The translations under genes were made by a program, and so were the position numbers. 64,000 bases of DNA from an uncultured virus (IMG/VR IMGVR_UViG_3300029913_001576). Taxonomy: Duplodnaviria > Heunggongvirae > Uroviricota > Caudoviricetes. The DNA is taken from IMG/VR virus record IMGVR_UViG_3300029913_001576; one strand, written 5' to 3'. Within the stretch, counting starts at the first letter, position 1. Each line of letters starts with the position of its first letter. Positions 10,171-19,999 of the stretch are shown here, piece by piece. Below the pieces are notes generated by a model that was given only the letters and a program-made list of their open reading frames with translations, was not told the origin of the DNA and did not search any database.

Positions 10171-13100
10171 ATGGCAGACGCCGCTACGCTAGCTCCCGAC
10201 CGACCAGCCGCCCAAAAACCCTTTGACGCAAAACTGCGTTGGGGGGACATCAATTGGGCCGCCTTCTGGCACACGGGAGCCACGATGGACGGCAGTCTCG
10301 TGGTGAAGGGCGTGGGGGTCGAACCGAACCCCCGCTCTGTCATCGAGCGCGATCTCGGGACAGAGAACCCGGACGACAACCGGACGCATTCCACGATGCC
10401 GAGCACCTACTTTGTCCGCCAGAGCAGTGGCGGCCGGAGGCTTGTGAATTCGGTGTCCCCGTTGGTCCCAACCGGAACCGTCTCCGAAGACCCCAGCCTG
10501 CTTGTTGTCCCGTACGGCAAGTATTACGGATTGATGCTGGGTCAGATGACTCCTGAGGAAAAAGCAGAGGTGGCCGCAACGGCAACGACAGCCAAGATCA
10601 AGGCCGCCCTGAAGGAAGCAGCCTTCTGGCCGGAGTCTCACGCCATTCGCCCCCCGCTGCGCGAGGCGGCGAACGGCCAGCAAACGGCCAACGGACAGCC
10701 CAAGGTGAAAATCGGCCAGATGGACCTGGCGGCATTTTACCACAAGGGCTCCATCGTCCAGAATCCTAAAGGTGACCGTCTTCTCGTGATCGAGACTTGG
10801 GCGACTCAGACGAACGGAAAGGCCGCGGCCCGTGTGGTTCCCTGTGATGCGAGCGGGGTGCCAATCGCCGGCGCGCGGGAAAACATGCTCGTGTCGCTTC
10901 CAGCGTCGGCAATGGCCCCGTCGAAGGAGACGAACTGGAAAGGCACGGTAAAGATCCTAAAGAGCACCAATCCACAGCTAGTGGAAGGAACCCTTTCGAC
11001 AGACGCTTCCCTGCTTCTTGTCCCCTACGGGTACGACACCGGCAAGTCGCTCGGCGCCCTGAACAAATTTCAGCGGGCTGAACTGAGCCAGACCGCCAAG
11101 TCCGAAAAGTTCAAGGCGGCGATTGCGGAGGCGAAGAACTTTCCGGGAGTACAGGACATTCCCCGCAAGCAACGGCTTTCCGAGGCCACCATAAAGCAAC
11201 TGCGGGACGAACAAGCACGGTTGCTCCGTTCGATTCCCCTCGTGCATGTCATTGAGCAATTTTGCGGGCTGGCGCCCGACTCCATCGAGGGCTCCTACAG
11301 GAAGTACCGGTTGGACGCCGGCATCATCAATCTGAACGCGAAGAGCAACAAGTTCGGCTCCCTGAACGGCTACAAGTTCTCGTCGCTGCGGGGCAAGGAA
11401 GGCTCGTCCAACAACGCGGTCGATATGGCGTGTGCCGTTTACGAGATGGAGGGCAAGCACATCGACTTTCCTAAGGTCGCGAAGGCTTTGGAGGAGTATT
11501 TTCACCTCACACCTCAAATGGACGCGCTCTATGAGGCGGCCGTCCGGCGTGAAGCCGACATCGCCGCCGGCCGGGCCGTCGCGCCCTCGTCTGAACAAAC
11601 CGCAAAGGTGGACATGGAGTTGAAGGCGGCCGCAGCTGCCCAAAAAGCGCTCGACGAAACGGAGCTTCCCTTCGACCTCGCGCGGGGGCATTCGCAGAAC
11701 ATCGAGGGAGTCAGATATGGGGGCGGCTTTGAGCAGGATGAGGCGCTCTGGGACAAGGCCCGCGCCTACCTGGTGAATGAGCGCAAGTTGGACCCGCATC
11801 TGATCGACTATCTCCACGCCAACTCGAATCTCTACGCGGCCTGGCGCCAAGATCCCTCCGCCCCCGAGGTCATCGTGGCCCCGGTGTTTGGCTTCAAGAC
11901 GGGCCAATGCGTTGCGGTGGATACGAAGCCGCTGCCCCAGAAGCCCGGCGAGAAGACGCTCGGGAAATGCTACGGCCCCGTCGGGAAGGGTGCCTTCATG
12001 TTCGGGACCTTTGGCGACGAAACGAAGCACGTCGTCCTTTGCGAGGGATGGATCAAGGCCATCGCATACTTCGAGCTGCACCGGAAGGCGGACAAGATCG
12101 GGCCGGAGACGTGCATCATGTCTCTTGCCGGTGCAAAATCGCCCACCCAGCTGATTCCCCGGCTCAAGGAATTGGGGGCGGACGTAGTGGTTGCTTTCGA
12201 CAACGAGTACAAGGGGCGGACGACAGCCCGCGAGTTCTCCGACGAATGCAAGAAGGCGGGCGTGCCCTGCATCGAGCGCTTCGTTGAGCCAAGCGAGGTC
12301 ACGTTCACCGTCGAGGACACGCTGATCCCTGGCTACAACTCGCCCGAACGCGGTCAGGAGATCCGTTCCAGGGTGGCGAAGTGGGCCTCCGACAACAAAG
12401 TACCGTTCCGATCAGAGGCCACGGCTGAGGACCCGAAGAACTGCGGAATTCGCATGCCGAACACCGAGGAAGTCATCCTCTTCTTGGAGACGATCCTGAA
12501 TGAAGACCGGAAGGCGTCTCGTGACGACTACCAGGTACGCGCCCAGGCCCTCAGGAAGCAACTCGCGGCGAAGGGCCTCAACCCGAAACTGATCGACTCA
12601 CGTGTCGATGCCGAGGTGCCGAAGCACCGGACGGTCTCGCTCGATGTCCACAGCAAGGATTGGGATGACGTTCTGCGGAAGGGACCCTTCAAGCCAACAT
12701 TTGAGCGGAAACCCGAACCCGCCCCGCAAGTCGCACCGGCGCAGGAGCCCGCTGCCCCCGCCGCACCTGAGCCGGCAACCAATTCTGTCCCCGAAGCACC
12801 GCTCGCGCCCGAGGTGGCTGCCCCGCCGGCGGCCCCGGAAGCCCCCAAGCCTGAGTCGTCGGTGGCGCCAAAACCCACAAAGCGCCCCACCCCCCGGGGG
12901 GCCAGGATGACCCCCGCTTTGGTGCTCGTTCGGACGGTTCCGGACGCCGGGAAGGTGTTCTTTGTGGGAACAGCGCTCGGCATCCATGAGCTGAAGCTCG
13001 ACAAGGAGCAATCGGTCCTGTTGGGGATGCTGGTCGAGGAAGACCATCCGCGCCCCGTTGTGATCTCTGGAAACCCGCCACAGCTCGCGGGTTACATGAA

Positions 13101-13320
13101 TCAGGACGGTTTGATGGTGGATGCCGACGGGGTCCTCGGAACCGCCAGTTTGGCCGACACTTCTGAGGCCATCCAGCAGTCTTGGTTGCACCCCACAAAG
13201 GCACAGAACATCGAGCAACTGGCGCGTCTCCGGCGGGCAAGCGGACTTCCGGTCCCTCCGCCGTCGCCCGTTGGCCAAACGGTAAAACCTCCCTCCGCCA
13301 CCCCACAATTATACGCATGA
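10171..13320 (+). CDS. large Toprim-domain primase-like protein (DUF3991/Toprim-like)
   Basis: ARAYLVNERKLD, VVLCEGWI, VAFDNE..G and KDWDDVL motifs; duplicated N-terminal module; Pro/Ala linker. Confidence 0.65.
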   Translation: MADAATLAPDRPAAQKPFDAKLRWGDINWAAFWHTGATMDGSLVVKGVGVEPNPRSVIERDLGTENPDDNRTHSTMPSTYFVRQSSGGRRLVNSVSPLVPTGTVSEDPSLLVVPYGKYYGLMLGQMTPEEKAEVAATATTAKIKAALKEAAFWPESHAIRPPLREAANGQQTANGQPKVKIGQMDLAAFYHKGSIVQNPKGDRLLVIETWATQTNGKAAARVVPCDASGVPIAGARENMLVSLPASAMAPSKETNWKGTVKILKSTNPQLVEGTLSTDASLLLVPYGYDTGKSLGALNKFQRAELSQTAKSEKFKAAIAEAKNFPGVQDIPRKQRLSEATIKQLRDEQARLLRSIPLVHVIEQFCGLAPDSIEGSYRKYRLDAGIINLNAKSNKFGSLNGYKFSSLRGKEGSSNNAVDMACAVYEMEGKHIDFPKVAKALEEYFHLTPQMDALYEAAVRREADIAAGRAVAPSSEQTAKVDMELKAAAAAQKALDETELPFDLARGHSQNIEGVRYGGGFEQDEALWDKARAYLVNERKLDPHLIDYLHANSNLYAAWRQDPSAPEVIVAPVFGFKTGQCVAVDTKPLPQKPGEKTLGKCYGPVGKGAFMFGTFGDETKHVVLCEGWIKAIAYFELHRKADKIGPETCIMSLAGAKSPTQLIPRLKELGADVVVAFDNEYKGRTTAREFSDECKKAGVPCIERFVEPSEVTFTVEDTLIPGYNSPERGQEIRSRVAKWASDNKVPFRSEATAEDPKNCGIRMPNTEEVILFLETILNEDRKASRDDYQVRAQALRKQLAAKGLNPKLIDSRVDAEVPKHRTVSLDVHSKDWDDVLRKGPFKPTFERKPEPAPQVAPAQEPAAPAAPEPATNSVPEAPLAPEVAAPPAAPEAPKPESSVAPKPTKRPTPRGARMTPALVLVRTVPDAGKVFFVGTALGIHELKLDKEQSVLLGMLVEEDHPRPVVISGNPPQLAGYMNQDGLMVDADGVLGTASLADTSEAIQQSWLHPTKAQNIEQLARLRRASGLPVPPPSPVGQTVKPPSATPQLYA

Positions 13321-13652
13321 GCTATTACATCGCTGTCCTGAAGAACTACGCCGGCTTCTCTGGCCGCGCTCGCCGAGCCGAATACTGGTACTTCACGCTC
13401 TTTTACATGATCGTCTACGTCGCCGTCGCCGTAGTCGCTGGGATCATCCACGCTCCGCTGCTGCTCGTGGTCTATCAGCTCGCGATGTTTATCCCGAGCC
13501 TGGCGGTGGGTATCCGCCGGATGCACGACACCGATCACAGCGGCTGGTGGATACTGCTTCCTATCGTCAACCTCATCTTCGCCGTGACCGAAGGGTCGGT
13601 TGGCGACAACGATTACGGCGCCGACCCGAAGGCGGTTCCGCAGACAGCCTGA
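13317..13652 (+). CDS. DUF805 family inner membrane protein
   Basis: NYAGFSGRARRAEYW, IRRMHDTDHSGWW, GDNDYGADPK. Confidence 0.92.
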   Translation: MSYYIAVLKNYAGFSGRARRAEYWYFTLFYMIVYVAVAVVAGIIHAPLLLVVYQLAMFIPSLAVGIRRMHDTDHSGWWILLPIVNLIFAVTEGSVGDNDYGADPKAVPQTA

Positions 13653-14050
13653 TGAAGCTGGCGATCAGCTTTCTTCTCACGTTCGGGGCCTTTGCCGTCT
13701 GGGCATGGGCCTGCGGCGCCCCGTGGGCTGAAGCCCTCGCATGCTCAGGGACATTGCTGGTTGCGTGGCTCCCGGGTGCTCTTGAAACAGGCTCCAAAGT
13801 AGGATCACTTCCGCGGGTGGTTTGCGAGCACCGCATCACCGCCCTGCTAATCCGCGCCGGCGACACGGTCCTTTGGCGGGTGGCGTGCATATCCATGATC
13901 GCATGCGCTGCGGTTATCTGCCTCAAGGCGGAGAATGGGCGCTTCATCACGCTTGGTGGCGGGTTTGCTGTCGTAGGCGCTGTCGAGGTCCTCTGTCTTT
14001 ACCTCAAGGTCAGGCATCGGCACGACTCTATCGAGCAGCATTTCCCGTGA
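13652..14050 (+). CDS. membrane protein
   Basis: TGATG coupling with DUF805; about four hydrophobic segments. Confidence 0.6.
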   Translation: MKLAISFLLTFGAFAVWAWACGAPWAEALACSGTLLVAWLPGALETGSKVGSLPRVVCEHRITALLIRAGDTVLWRVACISMIACAAVICLKAENGRFITLGGGFAVVGAVEVLCLYLKVRHRHDSIEQHFP

Positions 14051-14484
14051 GGTTTCTCTACCAGAGGCAGGAGGAGGAACTGTCAGCCCTTGTCGCCGAG
14101 GGTGTCGTATTGCGCGACAAGCTCCAGAGTTCGGTCGGCGACCAAACCGTGGATTTGTACGAGGCGCTGTGCAAATGTCCCGAAGCGGCCGCAGACGGAC
14201 CGTGGCTGGAGTGGTGCATCCGAAACAAGCTGGCACGGGTAAACGGGGTTCGCCTCTCCTCGAATTTCTTGAAGGAACTGGCCCTGGATGTCCCTCGGCG
14301 CAACCTCCTCAAGGGAGAGTGGATCATTCCGTTTGCGAAGAACACCTTCAATCAGCTGCTCGTCGCCACCCTCCCCGGGGTGAAGCCCAGCAAGTCGGTG
14401 ACTGACGCGCTGGGGACAAACTTGGTCTACTGCGCAGCGACGTTCGAGGAGTGGGCCGAGCTTCGGGTCGCGCTGACAGCGTGA
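14047..14484 (+). CDS. hypothetical protein
   Basis: GTGA overlap with the upstream stop; MRFLYQRQEEEL... Confidence 0.6.
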   Translation: MRFLYQRQEEELSALVAEGVVLRDKLQSSVGDQTVDLYEALCKCPEAAADGPWLEWCIRNKLARVNGVRLSSNFLKELALDVPRRNLLKGEWIIPFAKNTFNQLLVATLPGVKPSKSVTDALGTNLVYCAATFEEWAELRVALTA

Positions 14485-14530
14485 GGCGAGCCTGATGTAG
14501 TCTCTGGCGACGCTCCCCCATAATTTATAC

Positions 14531-15274
14531 ATGGATCTCTTTCAAACAGCTTCAGGCCCAATCGTCGGATCGACCCTTGGCGAAGAACTGGCCCGTGTCG
14601 CCAAGCTCCATGCGCTTGGACCCAACACCCCGCTCGACCACGTTGCCGAATTCTCGCGGGATGTGGAGTGGGTGCGGGAGCGTGACCTTTCCAGTCCGGC
14701 CATGGACATCGAGAATGTCCTGAGCGAAGCCCAACTTCCGCTAAGCGTCGTGGCGTGGAGCCGGGAGCCAGGCGAACTTCAGGACGGCCCGCCGTATTCC
14801 GCGCGGGTACCCGGTGCCGTCGAGCACGGCTCGAAGACCAGGTCCGGCCAGGCCAAGCCGGTCGTCGGCTATGGGCACACGCCGGCAGAGGCCGTCAAGA
14901 CCCTCTCCGTCGCCATGCAGGGCAAGGATCTGATGCTGGACGGCCGGAAGGTCCATGTTCCCGCCCATCTCAGCGCCAGCAAGCTGATGGCCGAAATGGA
15001 CGTTTGCAGGAGGGAAAACCTCCACCTGCTCCAGGCCGCCCACAAGAAGGACGGAGCTGTCTCGATGCGCAGGAACGTGGACGGAACCTGGGACTCCAGC
15101 CTCGCGGCCCGCGAGGGAGAGGCCCTGAACGTCTCCGAGCGTAAAGGCACCTCATTCTCCGAGTCGGTTACGGGGCTCGCGAACGCGACCCTCGATCTCG
15201 CTGCTGCCACCGTCGGGCTCCGTCCGCTGTCGGCACCCCGGGTGCCGGTTCAGGAACAGACGATCTCGCGCTAA
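14531..15274 (+). CDS. hypothetical protein
   Basis: 247 aa; ATG 6 nt after CATAAT. Confidence 0.7.
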   Translation: MDLFQTASGPIVGSTLGEELARVAKLHALGPNTPLDHVAEFSRDVEWVRERDLSSPAMDIENVLSEAQLPLSVVAWSREPGELQDGPPYSARVPGAVEHGSKTRSGQAKPVVGYGHTPAEAVKTLSVAMQGKDLMLDGRKVHVPAHLSASKLMAEMDVCRRENLHLLQAAHKKDGAVSMRRNVDGTWDSSLAAREGEALNVSERKGTSFSESVTGLANATLDLAAATVGLRPLSAPRVPVQEQTISR

Positions 15275-15603
15275 GTGGCGCCTAGCCCTGATCTGGGCTG
15301 AAAGAGAGCACACCAGTCTCTCCATGCCCCGTATCGGGCAGGGGAATGGCCTGTAAAGGCCCGGGGAACCCCCTCAACGCTAGAATGCCCGTTCAAAGGG
15401 CGAGCAGGGCCTGGGCATGGCCCTAAAGTGCTTCCACGCCCAGGCCGGCAAGGTTGCTAGACGGTCGCTTTCTCATTTTTACCCTCACTGGCCGCGCGTG
15501 GGGATAACTTGAGGCGTCCAAGGGGCTGTTTGAGAGGAGAATCGTCCCCGAATGCCTCGAAATGAGCGCTCGGGGAGGCCCCCCGGGGGGTACCCCAAAG
15601 CGC

Positions 15604-16059
15604 CTAGTTCAGGGAGATCCGGCCGTCCTTGCAGAGCGTGGCCGCGACCTGGTGCTTCGAGGAGAACATGTAATCCACCGTGAAATCGACGCCGGCATCA
15701 AGCCGGCGCCCGGCAGCCTCAAGATTCGGTGAACCCCAGGCCCGGCACCTCTTTGCCATCCAGTCCCGGTCGGAGGCTGTCCATCCACCGGTGAGCAAGT
15801 GGGTGATAACATTCGCCAGGAGGTGCGAGTATAGGTTTTGCAGCAGGGCATCCTCGCTCTGCCAGAGCCCGGCGAGATCGGGTTGCTCCGCTGCCGCGGC
15901 CTTGGCTGAACTCATCAACTGCGCATGGGCAGCCTTGCTCACGAAAACGGATGCGGGCGGCCAAAAGGGCTGGCCTTCCGGAGACAGGAACTTGATAGGC
16001 TCAGGACTGGTCCCACGGGCAAAGACGACGGGAAGCACGGTGGATGCGAGAGTGGTCAC
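15604..16059 (-). CDS. hypothetical protein
   Basis: 151 aa; GTG 6 nt after CATAAT. Confidence 0.65.
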   Translation of the reverse strand: MTTLASTVLPVVFARGTSPEPIKFLSPEGQPFWPPASVFVSKAAHAQLMSSAKAAAAEQPDLAGLWQSEDALLQNLYSHLLANVITHLLTGGWTASDRDWMAKRCRAWGSPNLEAAGRRLDAGVDFTVDYMFSSKHQVAATLCKDGRISLN

Positions 16060-16310
16060 AACCTAATTATGGGCTCGTCGAGCCAACCCAACTCCACGTC
16101 GTAGGTCCAGACGGCCCATGTCTCGATGGGAAACTCAACGTCTGGGAGCTTCTGGGGAACCTGGACCAAATGCCCCTTTTCGAAGATGGAGATCGGGATG
16201 CACCGGCCCCTTAAGCGAATGTACGTGTCATCGACCTCGATCTGTCGAGCGTAGCCTATGAGAAACTCAGGAGACCGTGCGCTCTTGAGCCGGTATTCCT
16301 TCGCCAGCAT
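16056..16310 (-). CDS. hypothetical protein
   Basis: 84 aa; coupled to neighbours. Confidence 0.55.
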   Translation of the reverse strand: MLAKEYRLKSARSPEFLIGYARQIEVDDTYIRLRGRCIPISIFEKGHLVQVPQKLPDVEFPIETWAVWTYDVELGWLDEPIIRL

Positions 16311-16315
16311 GGGCT

Positions 16316-16936
16316 TTATTTTGCGACGGACGCAGGTACGAGAATCCAGCCGAGATCCGGGTCGAATACGGCACGCCTGTTGGAGGCGACCGCCATGCGT
16401 TCAGCCTCGGGCTTGTTGCTGTCCTTGCCGAGAAGGCCGGTGACGACGATGTCCCTCGGGTCGATGTAGTCGGTGGGCAGGCGGGGGGCTTCCTGGGCCG
16501 CCTGCTGCGAAGCTGCGGCGGACACGGGGTTTCCCATGCCCGGGGGAATCACGAGGTTGTCCTGGGGGATGTAGGCAAGCTCGGGGTTCTGGAGGGCGTT
16601 CACATTCATGCGCCCCTCCTCCACCTTCTCGTACATCACCTGGGGGCCGAAGAGCTGGCCTTTTTCGTTCTCGTAGGGAGCGAGGACGGTTTGGGTGATC
16701 TTTGGCCCGATATAAACGGGGACACCCCTGTTAGCCGGGGTGACCGCCACCGGGCCGGGTCCCACACCGGCAAATGGTTGTGCTGTGATCGGCGCAGAGG
16801 CGGTGTCTCCTCCGGCCGGGGTGGCAGTGATGGCGGCCATGATGACCTTGGGGTTCTTCGTCGTGGAAGACGACTGGCACCCTGCAAGGAGCGCGGCGGC
16901 GACAGAAAGGGATGCTGCGGTGACGATTAGTTTCAT
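16316..16936 (-). CDS. conjugative transfer lipoprotein, TraV/VirB7-like
   Basis: LLAGC lipobox; VLAPYENEKGQLFGPQVMYEKVEEG resembles the TraV core; lies downstream of the VirB10-like gene. Confidence 0.6.
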   Translation of the reverse strand: MKLIVTAASLSVAAALLAGCQSSSTTKNPKVIMAAITATPAGGDTASAPITAQPFAGVGPGPVAVTPANRGVPVYIGPKITQTVLAPYENEKGQLFGPQVMYEKVEEGRMNVNALQNPELAYIPQDNLVIPPGMGNPVSAAASQQAAQEAPRLPTDYIDPRDIVVTGLLGKDSNKPEAERMAVASNRRAVFDPDLGWILVPASVAK

Positions 16937-16976
16937 GGCGGGCAGTATAATTATGGGTGGGAAGGTGTGGGAAATA

Positions 16977-17465
16977 TCAGGTGTTCGAGGGGGGGCGGGC
17001 GCGCGCACGGATCTCACGCCGGAGGCAACTGATCTTGTAGTTGATGGACAAGTGCAGCGCCATGAACGCCACTAGGAGCGCCTCTGCCGCAACGATGAAT
17101 GCGTACTGTTCTACCGAGGAATAAAATGCCGCAAGGGACCATTCGAGGGGCGCCAGAGCAACGACACACCTGATGCCTGTAAGTCCAAGGAGAACCCCTC
17201 CGACAACATCATCGGCAAAGGTCGGGCGCGAACCCCGCCATGCGAGTTGGGCGGTCTTGTACGCCACGACAAAAGCGAGCCAAAGCAGTGCGGTCCCCTG
17301 GTGAGAGCGGAAATTGGCGATGGTCGAGACGACAAAGTTCATCGGCACAATGGGAATCGCTACCGCGGCCAGTAGGAGCGCACCGAATACCCCTACTAGG
17401 ATGCCTCGCAGGAATTGGGCTGTTTGGGCCGTGGAACGGCAATTCGCTGTGTCGGGCGCTGTCAT
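16977..17465 (-). CDS. membrane protein
   Basis: Four TM helices; inside the tra cluster. Confidence 0.6.
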   Translation of the reverse strand: MTAPDTANCRSTAQTAQFLRGILVGVFGALLLAAVAIPIVPMNFVVSTIANFRSHQGTALLWLAFVVAYKTAQLAWRGSRPTFADDVVGGVLLGLTGIRCVVALAPLEWSLAAFYSSVEQYAFIVAAEALLVAFMALHLSINYKISCLRREIRARARPPSNT

Positions 17466-19087
17466 GGTGCCTCCTTGAACGGGTCGCTTACCGGAGTGCT
17501 CGTCTGCGATGACGGGGACAGAGCGGTTGTGCCCGCTGGCTGCTGAGTGGTTGACGGAGATAGTGCGCTAGCGACTGCGGCCGCTGCTTGCCCTGGCGGT
17601 GCCTTGGATGCCGCCGTGATGGCTTGCGCGAGTTGCGCCATTGGGTTCTGGTTCGGGTCCTTCGCTGCCGCCAGCGCCTTGTAGACCGCCTCCGTAGACA
17701 TCACGTCAGGCTTGCCGAGCGTCACCATCTGCCCGCGGTTCGAAAAATCCCAGAGGGGGGTAAAATCCGTGTCCTGCGTGAGTTGCACGTAGCAGAGAGT
17801 TCCTTCCGGCAGCGTGGAGTACGCTGCGTAGTGCGTTTGGACCTCATTCAATTGCCCGTTAAGAAACTGCCCCAGAGCGGTCGAAAGCGCAGAGACTCCA
17901 GCTTCCTTGAAAAGTTGGCTCTCAGAGGTCTGCGAGGACGCCGTGACGCCGGCGGCAGTGATCGTCGGGAGCGTCGCGTGCTGGGCAACAATTGAGCCGT
18001 AGGCAGTGGCGAACTGCGCAATGAGCGGGGCTGCCTGGACCATCGCAGGGGAGGCGATGTAGTAGCTCGGGACCCCTGTGAACTTGTCCTCGCCGCATCC
18101 TATTGCGTTTACGGAGAGAGATACGCCGTCGCGCCGACGCAAGGTGTCGATATGTATCTGCATCCTGTCGCGGGTCACCGACCCTGCCGACGCCTCAAAC
18201 TCCCATCCGAACGGAAGGACAGGCTGCCCATTGAACCACACGTTCTTTGCGACGCCGAGGCGGATGATCGCCTGCATCTTCCCAGACTCCACGGTTGTGA
18301 GAACATAGACGGGAATGAATTCACCGCGAGGAAGCCACCGCGTCGGTTTGCCGTTGGCGTTCTGGCGCGAACCATTGCTCGGGGATGTAGACGCTCCGGC
18401 TGTGCCGGAAGATTGGCCGCCATTCTGCTGAGCTGTCGCCGGAAGGGCAGGAAGATCCACGGCGATCAGAGACTGGATCGAGGGGACCGGGGGGGGGCGG
18501 TTGTTGTCCGCCGTCGAGGCCCCGCCGCTAACATGGTTGTCGGGAAAAGGATTGCGCCCCTTTGCCCCCTTTGCTGCCCCACCCTCATCTATGACCGGGC
18601 GCCCGTCGTTGGATTCTGGCTGCTCAGACTGGGCCAGCGCGGAGAAGATCGAGTCGTTCGCGTGGGTTTGCTCGTCCGCAGACTGTGCCTTCGCCCCACT
18701 AGGGGCCTTAAAGCCGGAACCAAAGGTGTCGTTCGTGGCCGAAGATCCATTGTCCCCCTCGGCACCCGGCTCCTGCTGGACCGACATGCCGAGTTGCGAT
18801 CCCCCGAGAGGAGCTTCCTTGGGCTTCTTCAAGTTGATCTGCTCCGTGGCCTGGGCGCTTGCGGCAACCCCGCCAATCTGCACATCGCTCACGACGGGAT
18901 TTGCCTTTGGCTTGCTGCCCATGATGGAGGCGGCCCGGCGTTCCGCCTGTTTCGTGTCCACGGAGAACACGAACATGAAGAACCCCGCCGTCAGCAACGC
19001 GCCTAGGATCAAAAAACGGAGGACGCCCCACCCTTGCTTGCCGTCGGGTTTCTCGCGCGTCCAAAGATGTTTCAGAGGGGGGAGCAT
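17462..19087 (-). CDS. TrbI/VirB10 (TraB)-like T4SS core protein
   Basis: N-terminal TM helix, low-complexity linker, C-terminal LPRGEFIPVYVLTTVES...LPEGTLCYVQLT beta domain. Confidence 0.75.
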   Translation of the reverse strand: MLPPLKHLWTREKPDGKQGWGVLRFLILGALLTAGFFMFVFSVDTKQAERRAASIMGSKPKANPVVSDVQIGGVAASAQATEQINLKKPKEAPLGGSQLGMSVQQEPGAEGDNGSSATNDTFGSGFKAPSGAKAQSADEQTHANDSIFSALAQSEQPESNDGRPVIDEGGAAKGAKGRNPFPDNHVSGGASTADNNRPPPVPSIQSLIAVDLPALPATAQQNGGQSSGTAGASTSPSNGSRQNANGKPTRWLPRGEFIPVYVLTTVESGKMQAIIRLGVAKNVWFNGQPVLPFGWEFEASAGSVTRDRMQIHIDTLRRRDGVSLSVNAIGCGEDKFTGVPSYYIASPAMVQAAPLIAQFATAYGSIVAQHATLPTITAAGVTASSQTSESQLFKEAGVSALSTALGQFLNGQLNEVQTHYAAYSTLPEGTLCYVQLTQDTDFTPLWDFSNRGQMVTLGKPDVMSTEAVYKALAAAKDPNQNPMAQLAQAITAASKAPPGQAAAAVASALSPSTTQQPAGTTALSPSSQTSTPVSDPFKEAP

Positions 19088-19107
19088 GATATGTCATCCA
19101 CCCGCGA

Positions 19108-19971
19108 CTACTGGCGAATGTAGGGACGGAGATCGGCGGCGTCGGGCGGAAGCCCGAGGTCCCAATCGTTGTCGAGGCGCAGCTTGTACCCCTGCACGGC
19201 CAGCCAGACCGTCTCTTGCTGCCCCGGATAGATGATGGAGCGCGGAGCGAGTTGGCGCCGGACCTGGATGCCAATCTGGTGATTGCTGACGTACAGCCTG
19301 TACTGGTTGGCGTTCAGGTAGAACGCCGTGTTTTGGCTGTTGACCCAAGAAATCTTGAAGAGGATTAGGTCCTGGTCCGCAAACTGGTGAGCCTCGACCA
19401 AATTGATGTCGCAGTGATTCCAGTGGTAGACCTTGTGGATCGGAAGGACGGCGTAAGCGCGCAGCGTATCCCGGAAGGTGGCGTCGTAGGTAGCCCTCTC
19501 GACAACCTTGATCGTGCCGTTCAGGTCGATGTCCAGTGGCTTTAGGCTCGGGGCGCTGGCGATGGCCCTGTCATTGTCGCTGAACCGGCTCGACTTCGGG
19601 AACGTGAAGACAGGGTTCGGGATCGCTGGGTCGTTCGTCGTAATCCTGACCTTGAGCATGTAGGTGACTCCGGCGACGCGGAAGGTGACCGAGGACATGC
19701 CCTCGTTGACGGTGGGCTGGATCTGGAGCACGTTGCCGTCACGAAAGAGATTGATCTCGGCTCCGCCCTTCATGGGGGCGGCGTCGAACGGCTTGTCAGT
19801 CACCAGCGTGACCGAAGTAAGCATCCCGAACTTTGCGAAGATGGTGGGGACAACGTCCGGATTGAGGATGGCCGGATCGCGCGAGGTACCCGTGCCTTGA
19901 AGCGAGGGCTCAGCGTAGCTGCCAACAAACGTGGCGAGTGACAGGGCAAAGATGAGGGCGATGTTGCGCAT
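19108..19971 (-). CDS. VirB9/TraK-like secreted T4SS protein
   Basis: Signal peptide MRNIALIFALSL; TSVTL...NVLQIQP; IIYPGQQETVWL; lies directly before the VirB10-like gene. Confidence 0.6.
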   Translation of the reverse strand: MRNIALIFALSLATFVGSYAEPSLQGTGTSRDPAILNPDVVPTIFAKFGMLTSVTLVTDKPFDAAPMKGGAEINLFRDGNVLQIQPTVNEGMSSVTFRVAGVTYMLKVRITTNDPAIPNPVFTFPKSSRFSDNDRAIASAPSLKPLDIDLNGTIKVVERATYDATFRDTLRAYAVLPIHKVYHWNHCDINLVEAHQFADQDLILFKISWVNSQNTAFYLNANQYRLYVSNHQIGIQVRRQLAPRSIIYPGQQETVWLAVQGYKLRLDNDWDLGLPPDAADLRPYIRQ

Positions 19972-19999
19972 ATAGAAAGTATGGTGTGAAGATGGGGGA

